Shown here in pieces: positions 30,154 through 40,831 of a DNA stretch of 64,000 bases. The notes beneath the pieces are model-generated. The model was given only the letters and a program-made list of their open reading frames with translations. It ran no database searches and was not told the DNA's origin. A program made the position numbers and the translations under genes. Positions within the stretch are counted from its first letter, which is position 1; every line of letters starts with the position of its first letter. Source of the stretch: Ignavibacteria bacterium (GTDB taxonomy: Bacteria; Bacteroidota; Ignavibacteria; Kapaibacteriales; UBA2268); NCBI GenBank assembly GCA_037440445.1, contig JBBIUA010000005.1, positions 2,816-66,815 of the forward strand, read 5' to 3'.

Positions 30154-31299
30154 ATGGGATGGGAACAAATAATTAATCAGAAGAAAATACAGGAATATTT
30201 TCAAAAGATTCTAAGGGATAAAACATTTGCAAATGCTTATTGCTTTTATGGAAAGGAAGGAGTTGGCAAGTTCGCTATTATTATGGAAATTGTCAAGTCT
30301 CTAAATTGTTCGAACCCCATAATTGGGAACAAACAACAAAATTCGTGTGGACAATGTTTAAGTTGTCAGAATATTGAAAACTTAAAGTTTCCAAATATTG
30401 AATATGTTTTTTCGTTGCCATCTACCTCTAAATCAACTCAAGGAGAAGCAAAAAGCAGTTTTGGTGGACTCCCGGATAACTTAATTCAGGAAATAAATGA
30501 GAAATTGAAGAACAAGATTAAAAACCCATATGCAGGGTTTAGTATTGAGGGCGCTTCACAAATTAAAATTTCACAGATTCGTGAATTGAGAAGAACTCTT
30601 GCTCTATCAAATTCAATTCCAGGGCACAAATTTGTTATAATTTTAAATGCTGAAGAAATGAGAGTGGAAGCCCAAAATGCTTTCTTGAAAACTTTGGAAG
30701 AACCTCGGAAAGATGTTACTTTTATACTTTTAACAACAAGAAAAGAATCCCTATTGCCAACGATATTGTCCAGGTGTCAGTTAGTATTTTTTCCCCCAAT
30801 AGACAAGTATGAAATTAAAAATATTTTAATTGATAAATTCAATAAAACACCAGAAGAGAGCGAAGTCCTTGCCCGTTTTGCAAATGGTTCAATAACGAAA
30901 TTAATCGAATTAATGGATGAAAACATTATAGAAACTCGGAATTTACTTATTGATTTGCTTCGTTTATCTTTAAAAAATGAACTTCCTGGAAGACAATTAA
31001 CAGAAAAAATAAACAGTTTAGTTGAAAAGTTCGATAAAAAGAAAGCCTCTTTTGCCTTGGATTTGCTTCAACAATGGTTTCGCGATGCTATTTTGATTAC
31101 CCGAAATGGAACTAATGATTCGGTTGTCAATTACGATAATTTGGATACAATTGTTAAATTCTGTAAGAAATTTGGTCGAAAGCCAATTGAAAAAGCAATC
31201 GAAATTATTGAGAATAGCCATTATTTGATTTCAACTAACGTTCAAATTTCTAATGTTTTTTTGAATCTTTTCCTTGAATTCCGCAAAATTTTGTTTTAG
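30154..31299 (+). CDS. holB: DNA polymerase III delta' subunit
   Basis: AAA+ Walker A-like GKEGVGKFA, a zinc module (CGQCLSCQNIEN) and SRC-like SRCQ. Confidence 0.75.
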   Translation: MGWEQIINQKKIQEYFQKILRDKTFANAYCFYGKEGVGKFAIIMEIVKSLNCSNPIIGNKQQNSCGQCLSCQNIENLKFPNIEYVFSLPSTSKSTQGEAKSSFGGLPDNLIQEINEKLKNKIKNPYAGFSIEGASQIKISQIRELRRTLALSNSIPGHKFVIILNAEEMRVEAQNAFLKTLEEPRKDVTFILLTTRKESLLPTILSRCQLVFFPPIDKYEIKNILIDKFNKTPEESEVLARFANGSITKLIELMDENIIETRNLLIDLLRLSLKNELPGRQLTEKINSLVEKFDKKKASFALDLLQQWFRDAILITRNGTNDSVVNYDNLDTIVKFCKKFGRKPIEKAIEIIENSHYLISTNVQISNVFLNLFLEFRKILF

Positions 31300-31355
31300 T
31301 TTTTTAACTTACCTTTTTCTTTTTTTATAATTTATTACTTCATTCAGAGGAGAAA

Positions 31356-32840
31356 ATGGCAAAACGAAAAACATCCCGAAATGGAAATGATATTGCAGTT
31401 GAGTCGTTGATTGGAAATCGAGTACCCCCTTATTCTGCCGATGCTGAAATGGCAGTTCTTGGTTCAATGCTGCTGGATAATAGTGCAATTACCAAAACAT
31501 TAGAGGTTCTTTCAAAGGAGAGTTTTTATATCGAAAGGAATAAAATCATTTTCGAAACAATTGTTTCAATGTTCGAAAAAGGCATTCAAGTAGATATATT
31601 AACCTTAACAGAAGAACTTAAAAGGCGTGATAAGTTGGAATTTGTTGGTGGAGCAGAATATCTTGCTGATTTGATTTCAATAGTCCCAACTGCTGAAAAT
31701 GTTGAACATTATTGCAAGATAGTTCAGGAACGTTTTTTTAAAAGAGAACTCCTTTTTGCCGCTGGAAAAATTCTAATAGACTGCTTTGACGAAAATGTGG
31801 ATGCCCTTGAGGAAATTGATATTGCGGAAAGGCTTGTTTTTCAAGTTGCAGAAAAAAGATTTGCTCGAAACTTTCTACCAATTAGTCGATTAGTGAACGA
31901 GGCGGTTGAAACAATTTCGAAATTTGTTGAAAGTGGAACTCGAGGGCTTACTGGAGTACCTTCTGGCTTTATTGACCTTGACCGATATCTTGGCGGGTTT
32001 CAAAAATCCGATTTAATTATTATTGCTGCTAGACCTTCTGTTGGAAAAACTGCTTTTGCTCTTTCGATTGCAAGAAATGTTGCAGTGGAATATAATATCC
32101 CAGTTGCTTTCTTTTCTCTTGAAATGTCTGCTCAGCAACTAACACTTAGGCTCATTTCATCACACACAGGATTTAATAGCCATAAAATTAGAACTGGTAA
32201 CATTAATCGAGAGGACTTGAAGTCTATTGTTAGTCGTGTTGACAAATTATTTAAGGCTCCAATATTTATCGATGATACCCCAAACATAAATTTGCTTGAA
32301 CTTCGGGCAAAAGCTAGAAGACTTAAAACTGAACATAAAGTTGGTTTGATTTTTGTTGATTATTTGCAATTGATTGACCCTCCAAAAGCTGAAAGTCGTG
32401 AACGTGAAATATCAATTATTTCAAGAACGTTGAAACAAATTGCTAAGGAACTTGATTTACCTATTGTTGCACTTTCTCAATTGAATAGAGTTGTAGAAAC
32501 TCGAAAAGACAAAAGGCCGCAATTATCCGACTTGCGAGAATCAGGAAGTATTGAACAAGATGCAGATGTGGTTCTCTTCATTTACCGACCTGAAATTTAC
32601 GATATTAAAGTGTGGCCCGATACAAAGGAACCTACCGAAGGTACTGCCGAAATTATAATTGGTAAACAAAGAAATGGTCCAACCGGTTCGTTTAAAGTTG
32701 TGTATTTGAAAGACACCTTGCGTTTCGATAATGCAGAGATGCGTTACGTTGATGAAGATATTATTTCTTCTTCTTTTGAATCAAGTTACATCGAGGATTT
32801 AGAAGATGATTACGAGGAACCAGACGATCAAGGATTTTAG
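31356..32840 (+). CDS. dnaB: Replicative DNA helicase DnaB
   Basis: N-terminal DnaB domain and a RecA-like C-terminus (ARPSVGKTAFALSIA, H2-H4 motifs). Confidence 0.9.
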   Translation: MAKRKTSRNGNDIAVESLIGNRVPPYSADAEMAVLGSMLLDNSAITKTLEVLSKESFYIERNKIIFETIVSMFEKGIQVDILTLTEELKRRDKLEFVGGAEYLADLISIVPTAENVEHYCKIVQERFFKRELLFAAGKILIDCFDENVDALEEIDIAERLVFQVAEKRFARNFLPISRLVNEAVETISKFVESGTRGLTGVPSGFIDLDRYLGGFQKSDLIIIAARPSVGKTAFALSIARNVAVEYNIPVAFFSLEMSAQQLTLRLISSHTGFNSHKIRTGNINREDLKSIVSRVDKLFKAPIFIDDTPNINLLELRAKARRLKTEHKVGLIFVDYLQLIDPPKAESREREISIISRTLKQIAKELDLPIVALSQLNRVVETRKDKRPQLSDLRESGSIEQDADVVLFIYRPEIYDIKVWPDTKEPTEGTAEIIIGKQRNGPTGSFKVVYLKDTLRFDNAEMRYVDEDIISSSFESSYIEDLEDDYEEPDDQGF

Positions 32841-32842
32841 AA

Positions 32843-33802
32843 CTACAAATTGAAAGGAAGCTTTCTCAAGTCTACATTTCCTCCAGAGATGATGATGCCA
32901 ACCCTTTTCCCTTCGAAAATTGAGTTATGTTGCAAAACCACTGCAAATGGAACTGCACTCGAAGGTTCAATGACTACTTTTAGCCTTTCGAAAATTAGAA
33001 ACATCGCTTGCTTTATCATTTCTTCACTTACGGTTAGAATATCGTCAACATTTTGCTTGATAATTGTAAATGTTCTAATTGAAAGAGAAGTCAATAAGCC
33101 ATCTGCAATGGTTTGAGGATTCTCGGAAGGGAAAATTCTGTTATTGATGAAAGATTTGAAAGCATCGTTGGCTCCTTCAGGTTCGGCTCCGATTACTTTT
33201 GTTTTGGGAGAAAGAGTTTTAGTGGCTATAGAAGTTCCGCTAATTAGTCCACCACCTCCAACTGGTGCAATTATAAAATCCAATTCGTATTTATCATCGA
33301 AAATTTCTTTTGCACAAGTTCCTTGTCCAGCAATAACATCAGGATTATCGTAAGGGTGGATAAATGTAGCACCAGTTTGTTCTATAAATTTCATAAGTGT
33401 TTCTTCTCGGGACTTCAAATTAGATTCGCAAAAGATAACGTTTGCATTATGTGACATCACTGAATCAATTTTTGGTTTTGGTGAAGTTCGAGGCATAACA
33501 ATTGTTGTTTTTGTTCCTAACAGTTTACCAGCGAACGCAATTGCTTGAGCATGATTGCCAGAAGAATGTGTTGCTATGCCTTTTTGAAGAAATTCTTTGG
33601 GTAGAGAAAGAATTGCATTTAGTGCTCCTCTGGCTTTAAAGGAGCCTGTTTTTTGAAAATTTTCACATTTGAAAAATAATTTGCAATTTGCAATATTATT
33701 TAAATTAGATGAAGTTAAAACAGGAGTTCGATGAATATAGCTTATAATTTTTCCATGTGCTTTATCAATATCTTCAAATTTTGGAATTTTTGGGTTTTCC
33801 AT
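32843..33802 (-). CDS. PLP-dependent threonine/serine dehydratase (or serine racemase)-like enzyme
   Basis: 319 aa, with the PLP-binding lysine motif SGSFKARGA and a GGGGL glycine loop. Confidence 0.7.
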   Translation of the reverse strand: MENPKIPKFEDIDKAHGKIISYIHRTPVLTSSNLNNIANCKLFFKCENFQKTGSFKARGALNAILSLPKEFLQKGIATHSSGNHAQAIAFAGKLLGTKTTIVMPRTSPKPKIDSVMSHNANVIFCESNLKSREETLMKFIEQTGATFIHPYDNPDVIAGQGTCAKEIFDDKYELDFIIAPVGGGGLISGTSIATKTLSPKTKVIGAEPEGANDAFKSFINNRIFPSENPQTIADGLLTSLSIRTFTIIKQNVDDILTVSEEMIKQAMFLIFERLKVVIEPSSAVPFAVVLQHNSIFEGKRVGIIISGGNVDLRKLPFNL

Positions 33803-33954
33803 ACCATATTTTTGTTAAGAATACAATTTCTTAAATTCCAAAAATAGAAAACTTTATTTGCTAATAGAAAGAATTGAGGGAATTTTTTTCTCTTCATTTC
33901 AATAAGTGAAACAGTTTTTATTTTATTAAATTTGTTTTTTAAAGTACTTTCGCT

Positions 33955-34554
33955 ATGTTTTCTTTTATTAGAGGTAAAATTCTTCAAAAAACTGCAACCT
34001 CGGTTGAAATCGAAACAAATGGGCTTGGATTCGAAATTATGTTGTCTTTAAATTCCCTTACAAAAATTGGAAATGTTGGGGACGAAGTTTTTTTATATAC
34101 AGTAGTTTTATTACGAGATGAAAAATACCAAATTTATGGTTTTGTCACTGTATCTGAAAAAGATATTTTCAAGGAACTAATTAATATTCCCGGTATTGGA
34201 CCCAAAATAGCTTTAGGGATTTTGTCAAATTTTGAAGTTGATGAGTTTATCGATTGTGTGCAGAAAAACGATGTTGACAATTTGACAAAATTGCCTGGCA
34301 TTGGTCGGAAAACAGCCGAAAGGATACTTCTTGAATTTCGGGAAAAAGCAAACAAAATTCAATTTAAGGAGAATGGGTTAGTAGAACAAAAAAATGCCAG
34401 TTTATTTACAGAAGCAATTTCTGCATTGAATGTTTTGGGTTATCCTGAAAATAGAGTAAGGATGATAGTCCGAGATTTGTTGAATAATATGAGTAAAAAA
34501 GATTTAACGGTAGAAAATTTAATTAAACAAGCACTTAAAATTTTGAATAGGTAA
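33955..34554 (+). CDS. ruvA: Holliday junction branch migration protein RuvA
   Basis: OB-fold N-terminus and two HhH motifs (LINIPGIGPKIALGIL, LTKLPGIGRKTAERIL). Confidence 0.85.
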   Translation: MFSFIRGKILQKTATSVEIETNGLGFEIMLSLNSLTKIGNVGDEVFLYTVVLLRDEKYQIYGFVTVSEKDIFKELINIPGIGPKIALGILSNFEVDEFIDCVQKNDVDNLTKLPGIGRKTAERILLEFREKANKIQFKENGLVEQKNASLFTEAISALNVLGYPENRVRMIVRDLLNNMSKKDLTVENLIKQALKILNR

Positions 34555-35124
34555 CTAAAACCAATAATATGCGAAACGAACAAAAATTCCTCGACGATAG
34601 TTGTAACCTAATCCAATGATATATTCATCGAGAAAATAATAGTCTACCCCTAAACCAAAATTAATTCCAACTTTGTTTTCCGTTTTTCCAAGATAGTATA
34701 ACTGGCCAAAATCTGGAACGCCAAATGGTGTATTAGTTCTTAATGACCGAGCAAGAACGGAATCCTGTTGAACATAAAAGCCAATTGATGGTGTGATTAT
34801 GAAATCTTCGAAAATTTCAAAAAAGTAGTAAAAGTCAGTTGTTACAAGGACATAAGTGAATTTGCTTTCTTCGTATTCACCTCGCTTAGGTAAAGGATAC
34901 TGATTAGAGGGATATATGTACTTTGGCTTCGATGCTGCGAAACCAGCTAAACCCATAGATAAACCAAAGTTCCAAAAACGGAAGCCAAGAGCAGCAGAAA
35001 GTTTCAAATTGCTCCAACCAATTTCGCCAAAAACACTTTTAATATTACTTGACCAGAAGGATTCTTGCGAAAAAGCTGAATTTAAAAAAAGAAATAGCAA
35101 AACAAAAGTAAGCTTTTTCTTCAT
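34555..35124 (-). CDS. Small outer-membrane beta-barrel protein (hypothetical)
   Basis: Signal peptide, alternating hydrophobic beta-strand pattern, and a C-terminal aromatic residue (…AYYWF). Confidence 0.4.
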   Translation of the reverse strand: MKKKLTFVLLFLFLNSAFSQESFWSSNIKSVFGEIGWSNLKLSAALGFRFWNFGLSMGLAGFAASKPKYIYPSNQYPLPKRGEYEESKFTYVLVTTDFYYFFEIFEDFIITPSIGFYVQQDSVLARSLRTNTPFGVPDFGQLYYLGKTENKVGINFGLGVDYYFLDEYIIGLGYNYRRGIFVRFAYYWF

Positions 35125-35181
35125 CTTTTATATGATATTGTTATTAATATCAAAAAAGGGAGCCAACGCTCCCCAAAATAT

Positions 35182-36888
35182 TTACTTTAGAAATTGATTT
35201 GCATAGTACTTTGGTAACAATTTTTCTCCAGTTGCTTTTTCAATCATTTCATTCCAGGGATATCTGGCTCCGACTGAAAAGACTTTTTCTATAAGATATT
35301 TCCCTACGTTTTGATTACCTACAAAACTATAGTCTTGTTCGGGATTACCTTTAACGATGTTTGTTATGATATAATTTTGTAGTTGTGAAGCAAGTAGTTC
35401 ACCCAACAAATAATTGTGATAATAACAAGGACTTGTTGCAATGTGGATTTTAGTAGCCCAATCTGGCTCGTTTCTCCCTTCGGGTTTCTTAAGAAGTTGA
35501 TATTTCTCTACCAAATCCCACCAAAGTTTATTCAAATCTTGATCGGGGTTTTCATACATACTTTTTTCGAATCTAAACATAACCTGGGACCACCGACTAA
35601 AAACTAATTGTTGAAGTCGAAGTGTATTTCGAGCAGGGGTTTGAACCTTCTTTGCATCTTCGTTCGAAATTTTAATCATATCCACCATCCATTGAGGATT
35701 AGAAGCGAGCCTCCCGAACAGCATAGCAATAGCTTCGGTTGTAAAAATATGTGCAGGAGTTTTTAAATCCCAAGGAAGTTTATCATCAAGATATTTTTCG
35801 TAGAGGGCATGCCCATTTTCATGGAGCATGGTTTCCATCCATCTTGAATTGGGTTTAACGTTGCAAAGAATTCTAATATCTTTTGCATCTCGGTCAATAT
35901 TAATACAAAAAGCATGTTGATTTTTGTTTTCCCTTTCAAATAAATCGCTTCGTGCGATAATGTCATCAATTGGCAATCCAATAGATGAATAGAAATCTTT
36001 AGTTAGTTGTACTATGTCTTTATTTTTGTAAAATTGGTCTAAATCGACATCGTAAATTTTTGGTGCTTCTTGGAAAAATCGATTTTGATAATGCCAGGGC
36101 ATCAATTCTTCGGTTTTGATTTTATATCGTTTTGCAAGAATTTCATCCATTTTTCTCTTTTCTTGAACAAAAGCATTGTAAGTTAATTTATCGAGTTCAT
36201 CAAATATTTTTTCGATTTCTTCGGGGTCTTGTTCGCTTAGTTTTAAACTCATTTCGTGATAATTTTTGAAACCTAATTCGTGGGCAATTTCATTTCGCAT
36301 TTTTACAAGTTTGACAATATCTTCAGCCACAATTCTTCCAATTTTCTTTTGGGCTTCCCAAACTCCTTGCAACTCTTTGTTGTTTGTAGAAGTTTTCAAA
36401 ATTTCTTCAACATCATTATCGGAAAGTTGTTTCCCACCGAACTCTGCACGAAAAGTTGAATATTTATTCTCTATTTCGCTTTGTAATTTTGTGATTTGAT
36501 TTAATTTTGCTGTATCAACTTGCTTACCTAAGAATGTCAAATACAAAACCTCGATTCTTCTTTTCTTTATTGGGTCTTGAATTATATTGGACTCCCTGAG
36601 GTTTTTTATTCGTTGGAATAGATTCTTGTCTGAAAGAATTTTATTGACAATCATCTCTTTTTGTGCATAAAGTTCCCAATTTTGTGGAGTACTATTTGTT
36701 GCAGCTACAAAATATTGAAGGGACATATCTTTGTAGGCGGGCTTCATTAAAGATTCGTAATCGGAAATTAATTTTTCGTATTCTTGTTCCATTTTCATCA
36801 TATCCTCCTTGTTTACTTTTTCCTTTGTGCAAGAAATGTTAAGAATTAATGCAAGAATCGTTAGACAAGAGAAAATTTGCTTTTTCAT
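35182..36888 (-). CDS. HExxH zinc metallopeptidase with lipoprotein-type signal, M2/M32-like (ACE or carboxypeptidase Taq fold)
   Basis: HENGHALYE closely resembles the M32 HExGHALYE motif, and TEAIAM resembles the M2 EAIGD third-ligand region. HAFC...DIRIL parallels the M32 HPF...DVRIT motif. Lipobox-like NISC. Confidence 0.5.
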   Translation of the reverse strand: MKKQIFSCLTILALILNISCTKEKVNKEDMMKMEQEYEKLISDYESLMKPAYKDMSLQYFVAATNSTPQNWELYAQKEMIVNKILSDKNLFQRIKNLRESNIIQDPIKKRRIEVLYLTFLGKQVDTAKLNQITKLQSEIENKYSTFRAEFGGKQLSDNDVEEILKTSTNNKELQGVWEAQKKIGRIVAEDIVKLVKMRNEIAHELGFKNYHEMSLKLSEQDPEEIEKIFDELDKLTYNAFVQEKRKMDEILAKRYKIKTEELMPWHYQNRFFQEAPKIYDVDLDQFYKNKDIVQLTKDFYSSIGLPIDDIIARSDLFERENKNQHAFCINIDRDAKDIRILCNVKPNSRWMETMLHENGHALYEKYLDDKLPWDLKTPAHIFTTEAIAMLFGRLASNPQWMVDMIKISNEDAKKVQTPARNTLRLQQLVFSRWSQVMFRFEKSMYENPDQDLNKLWWDLVEKYQLLKKPEGRNEPDWATKIHIATSPCYYHNYLLGELLASQLQNYIITNIVKGNPEQDYSFVGNQNVGKYLIEKVFSVGARYPWNEMIEKATGEKLLPKYYANQFLK

Positions 36889-37038
36889 AGTAAAAAAAGA
36901 ATGTTAAACAAAAAACAAAATTAAAAAAACGATATAAAAAAAATTTGAAAAAATCATTTGGAAAATAAATAATTTTGTTATAAATTCGAAACGCAGCATA
37001 ATGAGGTTTTTCAACTAACCATTTTAGGTTAGATTTTT

Positions 37039-37770
37039 ATGGCGGTTATGGGGAATTTTTCGGATTTTAGTATCTTCAGAACAAAAAATAATTTATTTCT
37101 CTTTTTACTCCTTGTTCTTTTTATTATCGTTTCGTTAGTGTTTTTCTCTTCCAATTGGTTCAATAATAATCTAATTAACAACTTTAAAGTTGTTGGTATC
37201 AATTATTTTGATAAAAATTGTATTGATAGTATTGTTAGTGTTCTTATTCAAAAGAGGGCAACAGAGCAAGTAATAAAAGATATACTTTTAAAATACGATT
37301 TCGTTCAAGATTGCAACATTTTTAGAAAAAATGCTAATGAGTTAATTGTAGAAATTAAGGAAAGAGTACCATTATTTGAATATGTAGATTCTTTTGGGAA
37401 AACTTGTTTGGTTGATTCAGATGGTAAGGAATTCTATTCTAAATTTTTAAAATTCAGATTTCCTCGTATTATCTTTACTGATTCTAGTAATCCAAAATCT
37501 TGGTTTTTGGAAAAAGTTAATATAGTGAATCAAATAAAGTATTTACAATTGAAATGCCCAAAATTATATTGGAACATCGCAGAAATTAAGTGCAAAGATG
37601 ATTATATTTACCTGTATCTGAATTCTAACAGAACTATTCTGAAATTTAGGAAGGAGAACTTTAAAAAAGAAATCCAAGTTGCTGAAGATATTTTGTCCCG
37701 AGAGGATTTTTTTGGCTTTTTGAAAAATGAACTTGATTTTAGTTATGAAGGTTGTTTTGTTGTAAGGTAA
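37039..37770 (+). CDS. ftsQ: Cell division protein FtsQ-like (TM + POTRA)
   Basis: N-terminal TM anchor, about 240 aa, directly upstream of ftsA-ftsZ. Called mainly by synteny. Confidence 0.55.
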   Translation: MAVMGNFSDFSIFRTKNNLFLFLLLVLFIIVSLVFFSSNWFNNNLINNFKVVGINYFDKNCIDSIVSVLIQKRATEQVIKDILLKYDFVQDCNIFRKNANELIVEIKERVPLFEYVDSFGKTCLVDSDGKEFYSKFLKFRFPRIIFTDSSNPKSWFLEKVNIVNQIKYLQLKCPKLYWNIAEIKCKDDYIYLYLNSNRTILKFRKENFKKEIQVAEDILSREDFFGFLKNELDFSYEGCFVVR

Positions 37771-37776
37771 AATTAA

Positions 37777-39066
37777 ATGAAGAAGGATAATAAAAAAGAA
37801 TTAAAAAACGAAATGGAAAAGGTAAGTGTGGGATTAGACATTGGAAGTTGGAAAATATCAGTGGTTGTTCTTGCTCAAAATTCAAATGACCAAACTCCGT
37901 CAATTTTGGGAGTTGGTTTTAAACCCAGAAAAAACAAACCTCACTATGGGAAAATCGAAAATATTGAATATACAGCAAAAGAAATCCAGGAAGTAATTCA
38001 ATCTGTAATTTTACAATCTAATGTAACATTTTCAGAGGTAAACGTTGGTATAAACAACCAAAATGTTAGATTTATTGATACACGTGGTATTGTTTCAATT
38101 GGCTCTACCTCCAAAGTAATAACTGAAGATGATGTTAAACGTGCTCTTGACGGAGCCAAACCTACTGAACTTCCTAACGACTATCGATTGATTCACATAT
38201 TACCGCAGGAGTTTATAATCAATAATAACCTTAAGAATATTATTAATCCTATAGGTATGAGTGGGAATCGGTTGGAAGTTCTTGCCAAAGTTGTTTCTGC
38301 TTTAAGTTTGGATATCGAAAATATTAATTTGTGTTTACAAAGGAATAATTTGAAAATAGGAGAAATTGTTTTAGAACCAATTGCCACTGGGCTTGCAGTT
38401 TTGGATGAGCAAGAAATAGAATCAGGGGTAGCACTAATTGATGTTGGTGAATTGTCGACCGATGTAGCAATATTTTTTGATGGGGTTTTAAGATATTCCA
38501 AAAGTGTTCCTCTTGGGGGGCGACATATCACTGATGATATGAGAACATTAATGAGAATTGTATATAACCAAGCCGAAGAGGTTAAAAGGAACTATGGTCA
38601 TTGTTTCCTACCAATGCTAAGGGATGATAAAGCAATAATGATTCCTGGGATCAAAGGTCGAAAACCAATGACCTTTACAAGGAGCCAGGTTTGTAAATAT
38701 ATTCAACCAAGAATGGAAGAAATTTTCTCCTTTGCTTTAGATGAACTTCGTAAATCAGGGTTTATTCGGAAATTGGAACTTGGAGTAGTTTTAACCGGTG
38801 GGAGTATGCTTATCGAAGGGGTTGAAGAACTTGCAAGCCAAGTTTTAGGTATGCCAGTTCGAGTAGGAACTCCGTCGGATTTGAATTACAGAGGTTTGTC
38901 TCAGGAAGTAAATAAACCTTATTTTTCAACAGCGGTTGGTCTTGCTATGTATGGTTTAAAAAAACCTTTTGCAAATTTCCATCAAGATTTTGTTAACAAC
39001 CCAAATGATGATTCAACAAAAAAGAAATTTATTGATAAAATTGTAGATTTTTTCAAAAATTTATAG
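37777..39066 (+). CDS. ftsA: Cell division protein FtsA
   Basis: Actin-like ATPase motifs (VGLDIGSWKISVVV) and SHS2 insert. Confidence 0.85.
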   Translation: MKKDNKKELKNEMEKVSVGLDIGSWKISVVVLAQNSNDQTPSILGVGFKPRKNKPHYGKIENIEYTAKEIQEVIQSVILQSNVTFSEVNVGINNQNVRFIDTRGIVSIGSTSKVITEDDVKRALDGAKPTELPNDYRLIHILPQEFIINNNLKNIINPIGMSGNRLEVLAKVVSALSLDIENINLCLQRNNLKIGEIVLEPIATGLAVLDEQEIESGVALIDVGELSTDVAIFFDGVLRYSKSVPLGGRHITDDMRTLMRIVYNQAEEVKRNYGHCFLPMLRDDKAIMIPGIKGRKPMTFTRSQVCKYIQPRMEEIFSFALDELRKSGFIRKLELGVVLTGGSMLIEGVEELASQVLGMPVRVGTPSDLNYRGLSQEVNKPYFSTAVGLAMYGLKKPFANFHQDFVNNPNDDSTKKKFIDKIVDFFKNL

Positions 39067-39073
39067 GGGGGAT

Positions 39074-40417
39074 ATGATAGAACTTGACAAAAACGAAGAA
39101 TTAATAACCAAAATTGCCGTCGTTGGGGTAGGCGGCGCGGGTTGCAATGCAATCAAAAACTTAATCAATTTTGGTATAACTGATGTCGAATTAATTGCAA
39201 TCAATACTGACATGAAGCAACTTCGTGCAATTCCCGCTCCAGTTAAAGTTGTTATTGGGAAAGAGTTGACTCGCGGTCAAGGTGCTGGTTCGAATCCTGA
39301 AATTGGCAGAAAGGCAGCCGAAGCGGATTTCGAATCCATTCGAGAATTCCTAATGGATAAAGATATGGTTTTCGTCACTGCTGGAATGGGTGGAGGCACC
39401 GGTAGCGGTGCTGCACCAATTGTTGCAAAGGCTGCGAAGGAAAATGATTCGCTTGTTGTTGCTATTGTTGTTACACCTTTGAAGAACGAAGGGAGTGAGC
39501 GTTGGGAAAATGCTTTTAAAGGTTTGGAAAACCTCAGAGAAAATGTTGATGGCTTGATAATTGTTTCCAATGAAAAGTTATCTAATTTTTCGCGTGACCA
39601 AAAACTTTCTGTTAAAAAAGCTTTTGAACAAGCCGATAGAGTTGTTTACGATGCTACTAAAGGAATAATAGATTTGATAAACAGTGTTGGCATAATTAAT
39701 GTTGATTTTGCTGATGTCAAAACAGTTATTAAAGGTAAAGGCGATGCCCTAATTGGAAAAGGATTTGGAGATGGAGAGAATAGAGCGATTGAAGCAGTTG
39801 AATCCGCATTGAATTCTCCTTTACTCGAAGGTATTGACCTGAAAGAAGCTCAAAGTGCTCTTGTTAATATTACCTTTGGTGAGGATTTTTATCATTATGA
39901 GGTCGACCAAATTTTGAATAGAATTCGAGAAGCCACGAATGAGAATTTAAATATTATTCACGGTTTAGTTGATGATTCCTCTTTGGGTTCATCTGTATCT
40001 GTAACTGTTGTAATTACTAGATTCAAGAATACATTCCTTGCCGAGTATTTAGATAGAAAAAAGCAGAAAATGAAAGATGGGAACAGCAATGTAGGTAAAG
40101 AAGAATTTGTTTATTTCACCAATAAAACTCGTAAGTTAGAGATCCCAGAACCACAACAATCCAATTTTAAGTTAAGTCATTTTAGCAACTCGGATTCTTC
40201 TCAAAAGGATTTAAAAGTACCAGCCTATACTAGGAAAATGAAATTGTTAGAAGGGGTAGAAAATGTAGACTATAATTTTGAAGTACCTATCTCAAATGAG
40301 CCTTATTTAGTAAGAAATATCGACGATGATAGTAATTATGATGAAAATGAAAATAAGGAAGATAAATTCTTGTTAGTTGAAAAAAAGCCGGCTATTTTTA
40401 GAAAAATACTTGATTAA
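39074..40417 (+). CDS. ftsZ: Cell division GTPase FtsZ
   Basis: Tubulin signature GGGTGSG, VVGVGGAGCNA, a long disordered linker and a conserved C-terminal peptide. Confidence 0.92.
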   Translation: MIELDKNEELITKIAVVGVGGAGCNAIKNLINFGITDVELIAINTDMKQLRAIPAPVKVVIGKELTRGQGAGSNPEIGRKAAEADFESIREFLMDKDMVFVTAGMGGGTGSGAAPIVAKAAKENDSLVVAIVVTPLKNEGSERWENAFKGLENLRENVDGLIIVSNEKLSNFSRDQKLSVKKAFEQADRVVYDATKGIIDLINSVGIINVDFADVKTVIKGKGDALIGKGFGDGENRAIEAVESALNSPLLEGIDLKEAQSALVNITFGEDFYHYEVDQILNRIREATNENLNIIHGLVDDSSLGSSVSVTVVITRFKNTFLAEYLDRKKQKMKDGNSNVGKEEFVYFTNKTRKLEIPEPQQSNFKLSHFSNSDSSQKDLKVPAYTRKMKLLEGVENVDYNFEVPISNEPYLVRNIDDDSNYDENENKEDKFLLVEKKPAIFRKILD

Positions 40418-40423
40418 GGTATA

Positions 40424-40831
40424 TTATTCTCCAAATACAGTAACGACGATTTCTCTTTTGACTCTTGGTCCGTCGAACTCACAAAAGAAAATATTTTGCC
40501 AAGTTGAAAGACCCAGCGTACCATTAATGATGGGGATGGTTTCGCTGGGTCCAATTAATCCAGACTTTAGATGAGCATCTCCATTATTATCCTGTAAATC
40601 GTGTTGCCATATGCCTTTTGGAATTAATTTTTGGAGCAAATTAATAACATCGTTTTGAACAGATTCGTCCCAATTTTCCTGAATCATAATTGCACAGGTT
40701 GAACCTCTTGCGTAAACATTTACAAAACCGACATTGTAATGAGATTCTGAAACAATTTTCCTTATTTCTTCAGTGATATCATAGAGCCCATTGTGTTTGT
40801 CTGTTTTTAATGTAAGGATTTTCTGTATCAT
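40424..40831 (-). CDS. yjbQ: YjbQ family (UPF0047) protein
   Basis: 135 aa, with the HLKSGLIGPSETIPI...GTLGLSTWQ pattern typical of YjbQ. Confidence 0.75.
   Translation of the reverse strand: MIQKILTLKTDKHNGLYDITEEIRKIVSESHYNVGFVNVYARGSTCAIMIQENWDESVQNDVINLLQKLIPKGIWQHDLQDNNGDAHLKSGLIGPSETIPIINGTLGLSTWQNIFFCEFDGPRVKREIVVTVFGE

Noticed and set aside
36889-37038. Bacteroidetes-type promoter (TTTG ... TAnnTTTG) upstream of ftsQ
   Set aside because: A TAATTTTG element exists at about 36973-36980, but the upstream TTTG is only ~10 nt away instead of ~19-21. The organism also shows Shine-Dalgarno sites, so Bacteroidia promoter rules may not apply. Not reported as a feature.
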